From: Bilabrum cf. latius
Taxonomy: Eukaryota
Assembly: GCA_965178125.1 (NCBI GenBank)
Contig: OZ237765.1
Coordinates: 372,001-436,000 of the forward strand
Length of the DNA: 64,000 bases
Direction of reading: 5' to 3'
A model generated the notes under the pieces. It saw nothing but the letters and a program-made list of their open reading frames with translations. It was not told the DNA's origin and did not search any database. This document shows positions 1 to 11,768 of this stretch, piece after piece. The translations under genes and the position numbers were made by a program. Positions within the stretch are counted from its first letter, which is position 1. Every line of letters begins with the position of its first letter.

Positions 1-368
1 GCTTTATTAATGAAGAGTGAAAACCGTTTAGTGGCTACTGTTTCCACTGATGGCCTTTTGCGGTCGCTCAACCGAACTCGCGCGGCTGCAAGATTCCGAG
101 TCTAGCGCCGCAGCCGCCGTGGCTTGATTTTGCGACGAGCAGCACCTGGACGCCAGTGTTTATCGGAACGGCACAGGTTTACCACAGGCTTGCATCCAGT
201 CTGGAGTTGTGACATGGAAGCAACTACAGCATCTATCGTGAGTAGCTTATGCCGCGCCGCCACTCGAATCAATGGCATGATCGCAAGTTTCGCACATTGG
301 GCAGCGAGCGGTCGCACTGTTCGGCCTGGGCCACTGCTTGCAACGCCTCGACTTGCTAGAATCGGCAT
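1..368 (-). CDS. Possible 5' end of a gene running off the left edge (unknown product)
   Basis: ORF 102..368 ends on TAG. Reading TAG as sense, the frame stays open to base 1 (...RLRR*TRNLAAARVRLSDRKRPSVETVATKRFSLFINK). Basic N-terminus; divergent from the gene at 454. No recognisable domain. Confidence 0.3.
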
Positions 369-453
369 GAAGAGCCCACCAACTCGTTGATACTAAAACA
401 CCAGTTCTTTGATCCCAAGTACTAGCGCGCGCCTGACGTGTTTCCCTCCCTCC

Positions 454-3400
454 ATGCAACAACCCGCACAGGCGGCAACGGACGATTCCGAACATGATGA
501 GGGCCTGCTCAACCAAGGCGGGGCCGCCGGCGCAGACCCAGCCTTGGCGGGAAGCAATGAAACTAGCACACACGATGGCGACACCGAAGCTGGCGCTGGT
601 GCAGCAGGCGTTGGTGGCAGCTCCACAGGAGAAGCGGTTTCGTCCTTGTAGCTGACGGCGGAGGCTAGCGAGGCTCCATCAGGTCCGGCGGCGCAGTCTG
701 CCACCATGCGTGAATCCGATAACGGTACGCATGATTCTGATGACGATGATAGCTGGCTGGAGGAAAGCGCGATTCCACCTCCACCGACGGAAGCCGTGCC
801 GCCGCCACCGGTTGTCAAGGACGTGCTGAAGCGCATGCCGGCCCCGCGGGGCGCGGGGGCTGAAGAGAGCAAGACGGGCGAGGGCGAGTCTGATGACGAA
901 GCCGCTGGCGCTGCGGGTCGCCATGCCGGCGAGGAGGGCAAGGAGGAGCAGGAGGAGGAGCCAGACGACGAAGACGCCGCCGAGGTGCGAGGGCGGTTCG
1001 AGCGCACAGCCCGCGAGGCGGAGATTGTCGTCGGGGTGGTGTCTCCAGCTGCCGCGGCCGCGCAAGAGGCCGCTCTAGAGGCGGCTCGGCTGCGGGACGC
1101 CGAGAGGTCAGCCCGTGACTTCGCCCGGCGCGAGGCCTCTCTCGCTCGCTTGGAGGAGCAGGCGAAGCGCCGAGTGGACGCCACGCAGCAGCAGGCCGCC
1201 TCGGAGCTGAGACGGCGAGCCAGGGAGGCGCGGGAGGGCAGGGAGGGGGAGGAGGAGGCGGTGAGGCGCGAGTACCGGCGGGCGCAGGCAAAGCTCGTCA
1301 CGGCGCTGGAGCAGCAGCAGGCCATTGTCAGCGAGAAGTACGGTGTGCTCAAGTCCGAGAAGGAATGGGAAATTGAGGGGAAGCTGGAGGAGGTGGTGGG
1401 TCGCAGGAGGCACGGGGGCAGCGACACCTGGCGGGACGAGAGCACCGGTGCTGTCAGGAGGCTGCGAGTGGAGTGGCGAGATGTGCCCTAGCCTCTTGAG
1501 ATCCGGTTGCACCAGATCCGGGCTCTCAAGGGCAAGGCAAAGGCAGGCCGGTACGCCTTGCTGGTGACCCTATACGACCGCCTCGGGGGCACTCCCATGC
1601 GCTGGAGCCGACTGGGCCTCAAGAGCGGGCTGGCCTCGGCTGCCAGGCCAGGGGCCTCGAGGCCGGTCCGGCACCGGGGCCGGTTCTACGATACGGAGCT
1701 TGATTTCAGGGGATAGAAGGTGTACGCGGTGAGTCCGCCGGAGGCCTCGCTGAAGCCCTCGCACGTGTTCGTGATCGAGCTGTTCCGACTGGGGTCCAGG
1801 CAGGACCCCGTCGACACTGTCGTTGGGTGGACGGCCCTGCCCGCAGCCGACGCGAATCTGAGAGCTGCTCGGGGCCGGTTCCGACTGCCGGTGCTGCGCG
1901 GCGAGGTGGACCCCACGCTGGACCAGTACCGCAAGATGGAGTCTGCCATGCTGGGCGACCTGGACCGGTGGCTGGCCAACCTGTACCTCGAGGTGACACC
2001 GCTGCCCAGGGAGGCGCTGGACGATGGAGGCGAGCTGCGGAGCGAGTTCGAGCAGGAGGTCAGGTATACTTCCAGGCTGCTGGGGCGGCGGGGGGCACGG
2101 GCGGGGCAGGCGGCCGTCGGCGATGGGGCAGAGGACGGCGACGGCGAGGACGACTCGGGGGGAGAGGACGGGGGGGACGGGGGGGGCGGGGCCAAGGGTG
2201 GGGGTGGGGATGCCGGGGCGGGGGTCGGCTGGAGCGACGGGGACGAGGCAGGGGATGCCTGGGTGGGCGCCGACCCGGATCCCTCCAACGAGCGTGTGCC
2301 ACTCATCAACGCCGACATGCCGCGGGACCGCGTGCTGCAGGGCCTGCAAGGCAGGGGAAAAGAGCTGGAGATGGATGGGGGGTTGGCACCAGCGTCTGCC
2401 TCATCGAAGGCACCCCGGCGCGGAGGCCGGCAGGAGACGGACGCTCGGGTGGCTAAGTAGGCAGACATCACCGATGCGTCATCATTGTCCAACCTAGGCT
2501 CTTACGCCTTTGCCGTGTCTCGCTAGGACCAGCTCGACCAGACCGGGGGACGCCCCCTACCCGAAAGCACCCGCAAATATCGCTACTTGCAGCAGGAGCT
2601 TTTGGCTGACCTGTCTCTCTCCAATTGGCAGACGTTCGAGTTCTGGATGGAAGTTTTGCTGCTTGTTTGCGCTCTCTACCTGCGCATCTACACGCACTAC
2701 CTGGCGCAGTGGCTCTACTTGCAGTGGCTTCGTGTTCCAGTGTACGAGTTTGAGCCGACAGGTTATAGCGTGAACCTAAAATACGTCGGTAACGTGCTGC
2801 CAATGGAATACGAACTTGGATCCGTCATTTGGGGACCGCTCGGAAACTTGGCTTTGTTCGGCGTAATGGCATTGATCGCCTACTTGTCCATAACAGCTGT
2901 TGGAACATTTCCGGAGAGCCTATCGAGGTTCGTTGCTTTTTTTGGAATTGCCGTGTGCTTGGATCCTGCGCTGATTTTGATCGTAGATGCAGCTGCTGGC
3001 AATTATGATTGCCTTTCGGATCGCTTTCCCGAATGCCAGAGAGATCTGGCATCTCCAGAGTGCGAGTGTTATGAGGGAGACGCTTTCAAGCTGTACTTCA
3101 GATTTTTACGCGATGAAGGAAGTGGCATCGTTGGTATCATCATGACGGTTTTTATATATGTGGTTTTGTTCATGCTGGCAGCCTTTGGTCTCTATGCATT
3201 TTTGTTGCATCTTCATATGGATGGCAGGATGCTAGATCTCTATAGAAGGCTTCATTCTCCTGAGGAAAGCTTCACTCTACCACACGACATGGAGGTTAGC
3301 GCAAAAGAGTTGCAGGATGTTGTGGGCAAGGCAAGGAGGTGGAGGGGACCAAAAGGGACTCAGCGGAAAATAGCTGTATGTGAGTATGTTCTTACAGACC

Positions 3401-3642
3401 CGCTAGATGACCACTTCTAGGAAGTTACAACGCATTTAGTTGTCTATCACTAGGCGTTAGATGGGAGCAGAGAACTGTTTCGCCACTTTTTGAGACTTCC
3501 AGATGGCACCATTCTTGAAGTGTTTGGTTCGATGGAACAATTTGTTGGTGCTCGAACCAAGGCATTGCAAGATATATTGGTGAAGGGGGATGGCACTGAG
3601 CCTGGTGAAGAACAAGTTGATGAATTGTTCAGGGGAGTATAA
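454..3642 (+). CDS. OFCC1-like (orofacial cleft 1 candidate) multi-pass membrane protein, about 1062 aa
   Basis: ORFs 409, 706, 1507, 1720 and 2587 share one frame, joined by 7 TAGs (649, 1489, 1714, 2458, 2524, 3418, 3451), ending TAA 3640-3642. The segment VP*PLEIRLHQIRALKGK...RYALLVTLYDRLGG..RWS and the C-terminal TM region (HYLAQWLYL, MDGRMLDLYRRL, RELFRHFLRLPDG) resemble OFCC1 homologues as I recall them. Confidence 0.75.
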
Positions 3643-3701
3643 TTTTCAAAGTTCAAAAAGTAAAGGGTAGATAGAGTATCAAGCACAGCAATCGATCACT
3701 C

Positions 3702-6700
3702 TCAAAATAATCTCAGCCTCCTGGTATTTGTACACAAGTTTTTCTCACACCCGCAACTCCGGAAGCCTTTTGTCGATGTGCCCAGGTCAACTGCGAACTC
3801 AGGCTCCGATTCAGATTCTTCTAAATCGTCTGGTATTCTCTAGTACTGTTCCGCTGCATCTGTTGTAAAGCAGCTCGATCCACAAGCTGAAGTGCGACTG
3901 ATTGCACGATAAGTATACAATAGAAGGGAGGACAACACCACGCAAACAGAAGACATTGCCATAGCAAGTCCGGCAAGCTCTGGTGGAAGTATTAACCTTG
4001 TTGCTGGGTAAAGTGCTCCTGCTGCGACTGGGATCCCAAGAGCATTGTAGATGAATGACAAGATCAAGTTCAGTTTAATCCTGCCGAAAACTGTTGACGC
4101 CAAATCGATTGCAACCACTACATCGTCGAGCTTTGACTTAACGAGGACAACTCCAGCTGCTTCCTTTGCTACATTCGTTCCAGTCCCAACTGCTATTCCA
4201 ACATCGGCAGCCGCTAAAGCTGGGGCGTCATTGATGCCATCTCCTACCATTGCGACAGTCTTGTTCTACTACAACCGCAAGACAACTGCCTACTTATCCT
4301 CAGGCAGTACCTCTGCGATGACATTCGATTCGGGTATCCCAAGCTGTCTCCCAACTGCCAAAGCTGTCAATTTGTTATCACCAGTAAGCATCGTGACAGA
4401 TACGCCAAGGTCAGCTAGGTTGCGAACAGTTGCTTTCGATTCTAACCTTAGCGAATCCATCATACCAATCAAACCTACAACTTGACTGTCCTTGCCAACC
4501 ACCACAACAGTTCGACCACTTCTTTCAAGCAAATTCAAGTCATGCTTCATTTCAAGAGAAACCTACAATCCGCATTTTCGCATCCATCGAACCGTTCCAA
4601 CACACACAGTGCCTCCGTTATAGTTGCATTTGACTCCAAACCCTGGCTAACTTTCATACTCTTCTGCTTGCAAAGAAGCTAGATCGACGAAGCTTGAAGC
4701 GCACTTTAGTATTGCCTACGCAAGCGGATGAGTTGATCCCAATTCTGCCAGTGCGGCTGTTCGAACCACTTCCTAGAACCTCTTGATCGTATCATCACCT
4801 CGGAACTTTACAGATGCCGTTGATTCCGCTTCTATGCCATCCAATGGCGTAGATCCAGTTCCCGATCCCGTGCTCTTCCGAGCGGCGCACAGGCATTCCT
4901 CGGGATTGCATGTGCATGGATCGCCAGATGCCGAGCTGCTCGCACAGCATCCGCTACCAGTACCGCCGCTGCCAGGAGACTGCAGCGAATCGCCAGTTGC
5001 CGCCACATCTGCTTCAAGTGGGCACTGAGATGGTTCCGCGGTAATAGAAAGTATCGATGAACCGGTCATCTGCATGCTCGTGCCACTCGCAGCGCGGCTT
5101 GATGGCTTCCTGCACGAATTAGCTGGTACACTAGGGGCAAGTATGATGTCAGTCACCACCGGCTTGCCTTGCGTGAGCGTGCCCGTCTTGTCAAATATCA
5201 CTGTGTCAACGCCAGAGAGGGTTTGGATCTCTGCGGCTCCTTTGAACAGGATTCCCATGCGCGCACCCACCCCGGTGCCAACCATGACTGCGGTAGGGGT
5301 GGCCAGCCCCAGGGCACAAGGGCACGAAATGACCACCACGGCAAGCGAAAACCTCAGCGCCAGGAGCCACGGACTCTGGCCTTTGGGCACGTATCCGGCA
5401 GGGGCCCAGCCCTGCGACAGACACAGGCCCCACGCCAGGAAGACCACGGCAGCTGCGATCAGCACCCCCGGCACGAACATTGCACTGACACGGTCCGTGA
5501 AGTCGTGGATGGGAGCCCGCTGCTCCTGGGCCTCCTCCACCATCGTCACGATGCGAGACAGCTGCGAGTCAGCCCCCAGTCGCTCCGCCCGCACCACCAC
5601 GCAGCCAGACACGAGGGTCGTCCCGCCCGTCACCTCGCCGCCCGGGCGCTTCACCAGCGGTGCGCTCTCCCCAGTCAGCATGCTTTCGTCGGCCTCGGCT
5701 GCCCCAGCCAGCACAGTCCCGTCGGCCGGCACCCTGTCCCCCTCCCTGAGCTTGAGAAGATCGCCGGCCCCCAGCAGCTCTGCACGCACGGTGACCTCTC
5801 TGTGCCCCGCGTGGGAGGTCGCGTCCAGAATGCCCAGCGCGATTGCCTCGGGGAGTGCCTTGATTTCCGAATCCGAATCGCTTGCAGTGTCTGCACTGGC
5901 CTGCTTGCCGAATTCAGCCGCGTTCAAGCCCCCGACAAGTGCACTTGCCCCAGCACCACCGGCACCACTGGCCCATTTCGCGCTCCTGCTCATCTCGATC
6001 TAGTGCCCGCCATTGCTACCAGGCAAGGCCGCAGAAGCTGCCGCGCCACCAATTGGCGATGGTGATGTAGACCTGGATTGCGCGCCTTCATTCCCCGCAC
6101 CAATAGGCTCCAGCACAGTGGCCTGGTCCGGCCGCAGCCGCAGCAGCTCAGTCACAGCAGAGGAGGTTCTGCTCTTGGCCAGCACCTCGAGCAGCTTACC
6201 CAGGCTCACGAATGTAAGCAGCAGAGCGGGAGTGTCGAAGAAAGTCGCCGGTTTCTTGCCGTCACCAACCCCAGCCGCGAAGAGCCCCAGCTCCAGCACG
6301 CTCGCGAGATACGCCACTGAAGTCCCCAGGGCAACAAGAGTGTCCATGCCCATGCGACAGCCGCCACGGAGACCCCGCCAGGTGCCCTCGTAGAAGGTCC
6401 ACCCCACAGTGCACTGCACCACGAGCGACAGCGCCGCCTGCGCCACGTGTCCGCGGGGCAGCCTCTCCACCCCGAACGTGCCCTTGTACAGCTCTCTACC
6501 ACCAGCCGAGTCGCGGGGCACCATCGACAGAGCAAAGACCGGAACTGCTAGCATAGCCGCGACAATCAGCCTCCACACCCACGCCCACAGCGCGGCCCGT
6601 TGTTCCCTGGCGGCTGCCTCGAGACGCTCCTCGCTCGATCCCCCCGCCGGACCAGCTTCGAACCCCGCCGCCTCCACCACAGAAACGAGCTGCCGCAGCG

Positions 6701-7562
6701 AGATGGCAGCTGGTGCGGCGGTATTCCCCGCGCCCGATGCCGCCCCGGCAGGGCTGAGCTTCACGATGGCAGAGTTGGTAGCAAGGCTGACTGCAGCAGA
6801 CTGCACGCCGTCCACGGCCTCGAGCGCCCGCCGCACGGCCCCCGAACAGGAGGCGCAAGTCATCCCGTCGACACGTAGCCGAATTTCACCCTGGTTACCG
6901 CCTGCAGTGCCCCCCTGTGACTCGCCACCAAACGCCTCCCCGGCGGCGAGCCGGGCATCGAACCCTGCCGCTTCGACCGCCGGGATGAAGCCGGCCTCGT
7001 CTGCATCGGATGGAGCATACCGCACGACCGCAACGTTCGTCGCGAGAGAAACACTCGCATCATGCACGCCATGTAGTGCGGTAAGGGCATTTCGAACCGC
7101 AGTGGAGCAAGACGAGCACACCATCCCGTCTACCTTGATGCGCACCACGGATTCCTCCTGAGCGCTTTCCACCAGCGACGGCGATTTTGCTGGTGTGCTG
7201 TTGTTAGAGCCTAGCATACTTCCTCGACCCCCAGAGGCTTCACTGGCCTAACTTCCAAGCAGGCTGCTCTGTTCAGAGTTCAGCTGATTCATAGCAGAGT
7301 GCGTCGGCACGTGATACTCACGGTCGTGCCCGTCGCTGCCCTCACTCCCTACACCAGGGACAATTTTGGCATCAAACCCGGCAGATTCAACTGCATCAAT
7401 CATCGCCTGTTGGCTGGAAGCGCTGGAAGCACCCACAGTTGCGCTGTTCGGCAACGAAACCGATGCAAACTCTACCCCGTCAACTCGAAGCAAAGCGCTT
7501 TTAACTGTCTTAACGCAATGCTTGCAAGTCATACCATCAATCTAAAGATTAAATTCAGGCAT
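3702..7562 (-). CDS. Copper-transporting P1B-type ATPase (ATP7/CopA/RAN1 type), about 1286 aa
   Basis: One frame from ATG 7562 to TGA 3702 through 11 TAGs. Three HMA domains (GMTCKHC, GMVCSSC, GMTCASC), [39 protein letters not shown], and the YN and MAMSS Cu(I)-site motifs. Confidence 0.95.
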
Positions 7563-7741
7563 GGCTTGGTTGATAGACGACTGAATATCGCTCTAAATTC
7601 TGGCTAGAGAGCGTCGACGTCCCTTCACCCCGATCCGCGAAAGGAATGACGAGTGGCACGCACCAGGAGTGGGTTTGCCGATTCGACGCAGTTTATAGCC
7701 GAGCAAGGGAGATGATGAAGACGTGCCGTTAACCTTTCGCA

Positions 7742-10700
7742 ATGGAAACAGTATCTGCTGTTGCTCGCTTGGTTGCCCCCCTCTTGTCGTGGGCTTCCAC
7801 GCAGGACGAACGCACGGAGCAATCGCAGAGCGTTGCCGTGCCCAGTGGTCGACCTCTCCGCGAGTCACAAGGAGGATTTGCCGGCCAGACGGTAGAAGTC
7901 GGAGCGGAAGCGAAAGATAGTTCAGCTGTACATGCATTGGCTGTTGGTAAGTAGGCTCGTACCCGCAACTGCAAGCCTGGAACAGCCGGTGTATTCCTCA
8001 GCCAACGGCAACCTAGTCGACTGCGAAAAGCGGATCTACTCAGGGAATTCCCCGCCCCGATTACGCCTAGTTTATGCCCTGCTCCATCGAGACTGGTGAG
8101 GGATTTCTTGGGCCCTAAGGATCTTGCCTCGCTCGCCTCGGTGAGCACGGCTTGGGCGGCGGGAAACTATTTGAGCCGCTTGGACAAGACATTTGGCGAT
8201 CAGACCCTGGACGAGACATAGAGAGGTGTGCACAGCGTCATGCATGTCGATGCAGCGCTTGCTGCGACTGCCCTCGGTGTACTCCCAGCGGCTGATCCTT
8301 CCCCCGGACATTCGGAGCGAGCTGCAAGCGGAGCGTCCGAGAGCAAAATCGAGCACCCTCCGCTCGATAGCGAGGACAAAGCATGCGCTTCACCTGGAGC
8401 AACCAAAGAACACGACCGTGCAGCCCCAGGCCCAACAGCAGGTGCAGGCCTGGTGTCTCCGGAAGAAGCCAGGCGTCATGCCGTGGCAGTCTGCCTCGCA
8501 AGGGGCCAGCTCAGGCTCGCCCTCACTGCCCTGCACCTGCGTTCCGACGCACCCATGGGCATGGCACCGGGCAGGGAGCCTGATCCCAGGTGCCACTACC
8601 CCCGCCTGCTGCAGGCCGCCCGATTTGACAAGGAGGGCCCGCAGGCGGCGCTGGAGGTACTCGGAGCCGTAAAGGCAACTGGGGCACTGGCGACTCCGGA
8701 ATTGTTCCTTGGAGTCATAGAGGCACTCATCACGGCCCCTCGATTCGCGGTGAAACACGTGCCCAGCGTGCTGGCGGACATGGCGGCTCTCGGCCTGGGC
8801 GCCCCGCGAGCGCTGGCCCTGGCACTGCTTCAGTTCGAGATGGCGGCAAGGCTCGTGTCGGCGTCGGCCCGGTCAAAGCGAGGGCGCACCAGGGCGCAGA
8901 TGAGGCGCAAGCGGAAACAGGCGCACGTAGGGGCGGGTGCGGGGAGCAGCATCGTGTCAGATGGGACGTCGGCATGCCAGGGGCGGGAGCTGCTGGGCGC
9001 CGATGGCATGAGTCAGAGTCAGAGCCACGGCTAGAGCAGGGGCGGGAGAGACAGACCAACGGGTGCCAGAGGGCGAGCGGGCACCGTGTCGACTCAGGGA
9101 GACACGGTGAGGAGCGCGCTGGAATTTCCAAATGGGAATGCAGGGCATGTGGCTGGCGGTCAAGGCTCGTCCAACGGTACCCAGGATCCGTATGACGGCA
9201 TCGATGAGGCAGCAATGGCGTGGCTTGTGCCCACCTCAGCCGGTGCCGCTGCTGCTTCATCGGTGGGGCGGTCAAAGGCTAGGGGCACCAGCAGGGGGGC
9301 CGTGGGCGCGAAACATGGCGGGACCCGAGATGCACCTGAGTTTGAGGCCTAGACGATTGCAGGTATGAAGCAAGCAGCAGGGCAAGCAGCAGGCAGCGGA
9401 GAATTGCATGGATGTGGTGCGTAGCCGTCCTCTGGCACTATACCGCCGATTCCTGCCCCGAGCCTGCCTGGCTTCACGGCAGCTGCTGTGGACCTAGACG
9501 CAGGCACCCCCGCTTCCGCGATGCACCCAGCCTTGCCCGGCTTCACGGCATCCAAGCTGCCCGCTGCCCCCGAGCACAAGCAAGGGGAATAGGGCGACAG
9601 CAGCTCCCCACGGATAGAGAAAGGGGCGCCAAGGGCAGCCACGGATGCCGCACAGTCCGAAGCTGGTTAGACACGGACCAGCAAGGGCTCCGGTCGGCGG
9701 TCGAGGCGACTCAGGAGCAAGGCGGTGTCAGCTAGGCGGGCTGCGTTGGAGTGGTACGGCAGCAGGGGGCGGGGCCTTCCAGGAGTCGTCCTGCCAGCGG
9801 TGCCCTGTGCCAGGGGTGAGGAGGACCAGGGCGGGTCCAGGTCAAAGTCGGCGTCTGCATCCAGCAAGCCTGTCGCGTGGGTGCAGGCTGCGCCAGGCCC
9901 CCAGCCGGCCGCGCCTAGCGGGGAGGGCAGTGCAGGAACTGGCACCCGCGTGCAGCCTGGCGGCGCATCTATGCCTGTGATCGGGCTGGATGCAGGCGGA
10001 GAGGATCCAGAGGGGAGCGCGCGCGCACTGGTGCCAGGACACGATGCGCACGAGGATAGATCGGCCGGGTGTCCCTCTGTTGCGAGGTCGGTCGTGACCA
10101 CCCAGTCCGCTACTGCCGCCACCGGGCCGCCCCTGCTGCCATTCCCCCGTCGAGCGATCGATTTTGTGACGTGGGCGAGGGCACTGACCGGGTGCCCGCT
10201 GCGCCGAGTCGGGTCGTTGGTGGCGAACATGCAGCAGCAGATGGACTCTGCCGGCAAGTCTACCGGCAAGTCTGGCGGGAAGAAGGAGCGACGGTCCAGC
10301 GAACGAGCGCACGGTAGTGCTTCTGTATCTGCGGGAAAGCGAGAGCCACGATGCCCCTAGCAATGTGCTGCTGGGAATGCCGGATTGCAAGCGCTGCCAG
10401 CGCAAGCGCCCGAGCCACCCGACACCAAAGGCCTGGGGTCCCACTCTAGGCAACCAGTACGTGCTATGCAGGTGCCAGGCTTCAACGCCGAGCCGGCTGC
10501 TCCCATGGAGGGCTAGCCTGGCGGCGGCGTGCCATTGTTTGGGACGGGAGGGCAGGGGAGGCGGCCAGCCAGTGGCTTGTCATCTATGCATGCTTCCCCT
10601 GCGCGGCGGTCGCGGGCTGGTACGGGCGATTCGAACGTATCTGCCAGCACAGATGCGGCCGGGTCAGGGCGTTCGAGGAAGAGGAAGCGTCGCAGGAGGA

Positions 10701-11497
10701 GGCGCGGGCCCAGCGATGGCGAGACCGGTCTCCTGGGATCGGCCAGTGGCATTGACGGCGCATCCTCCGTTCAGACCGGCAGAACGAAGAGCACAACTGC
10801 CAGCAGCCGGGTGCAGGCACCAGGCAGGTTCTCGCCACCCAGTGGGGGCATGCAAATGCCGATGATGGTGGGTTTGCAGCAGCCTGGCGGCATGCTGATG
10901 CATCGTACCACCCAGCAGCCGCCCATGGGCTTTTAGGCAGTCCCCGCTCTCCCCATTGCGAGTGCTACCGCCGCTCCGCTGCAGGTATCAGGCCCCCGAT
11001 CAGCCGGGGCACACCCCGACATGCGGACAGTTCACCACGGCGTGCATCATGCCCGTGCGCTGCAGCCCCCTCTCGTAATGCAGGGGGCGGGCCAGCAGCA
11101 GTACACATCCGGGATACCTGGCGTTGTGGCTTCGCAGTTCCCATCACCGGGTGCAGCACTTGCCCGCGGGGCTCCCGCTAGACTTGGGCCGGTATCTGGC
11201 GACGGAGCTGCCCCTTCTGCCGATACTAGATCCCCTGCCTCATCTCTGCGGATTGACAGCAAGCCATCCACGGGCCTGCCGGTCGTGTCCTCAGGGTTCC
11301 GCCGATCTCGCCAACGAGGGTCACGGTCGGCGCTTCTTGGCGGGGACTGGAGCGACGGGAAAGACCAATCCAGGGCGACAGCGGCTTCAGGTGGCCCCAG
11401 CAAGGGACAGAAGAAGAAGGGAGGGTCAACCGGGAGTGCAGCTGCGGTGGAGGAAGACATGCGCAGCCGATTCGGGCTGGACCTGTCCTTCCTATGA
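7742..11497 (+). CDS. Large low-complexity protein with N-terminal F-box-like and PPR-like helical segments, about 1250 aa
   Basis: ORFs 7742, 8228, 9086, 9725, 10529 and 11021 share one frame, joined by about 10 TAGs, ending TGA. LVRDFLGPKDLASLASVSTAW resembles an F-box; YPRLLQAARFDKEGPQAALEVLGAVKATG resembles a PPR motif. An intron may start at GTAAGT near 7947. Domain calls are weak. Confidence 0.6.
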
Positions 11498-11768
11498 GGA
11501 ACCAGTAGTCGCTCAGCCGGCAGTGGTTCGCAACTCTTGGAAATACATACCAGGATCTCAGGCAGACTAAGGCCGTAAGCAAAGCTCGCTGCCTTGTCCG
11601 CTGTTGATTCGATTCCGATGGCATTTCCTGCTTGCTTGCCGGTTTGACCAAGATTATAGCTATGCGTTTGCTGTTTGAAGATGAAGATCCAGCATGTGTC
11701 GACAGGACAACCTTGAATACAACTCTACCAAATTAGAATAAACACTGTCAGCTGAAATGAATGGCGCC

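Noticed and set aside
393-1445. Long antisense ORFs (also 5074-6003, 12505-13149, 32694-33674, 33693-34682, 61250-62305)
   Set aside because: These are shadow ORFs of GC-rich genes on the opposite strand; Ser/Ala-rich with no domains.
649-3453. Tiny introns removing each TAG
   Set aside because: There is no consistent GT donor upstream, and conserved protein sequence runs continuously across the TAGs.
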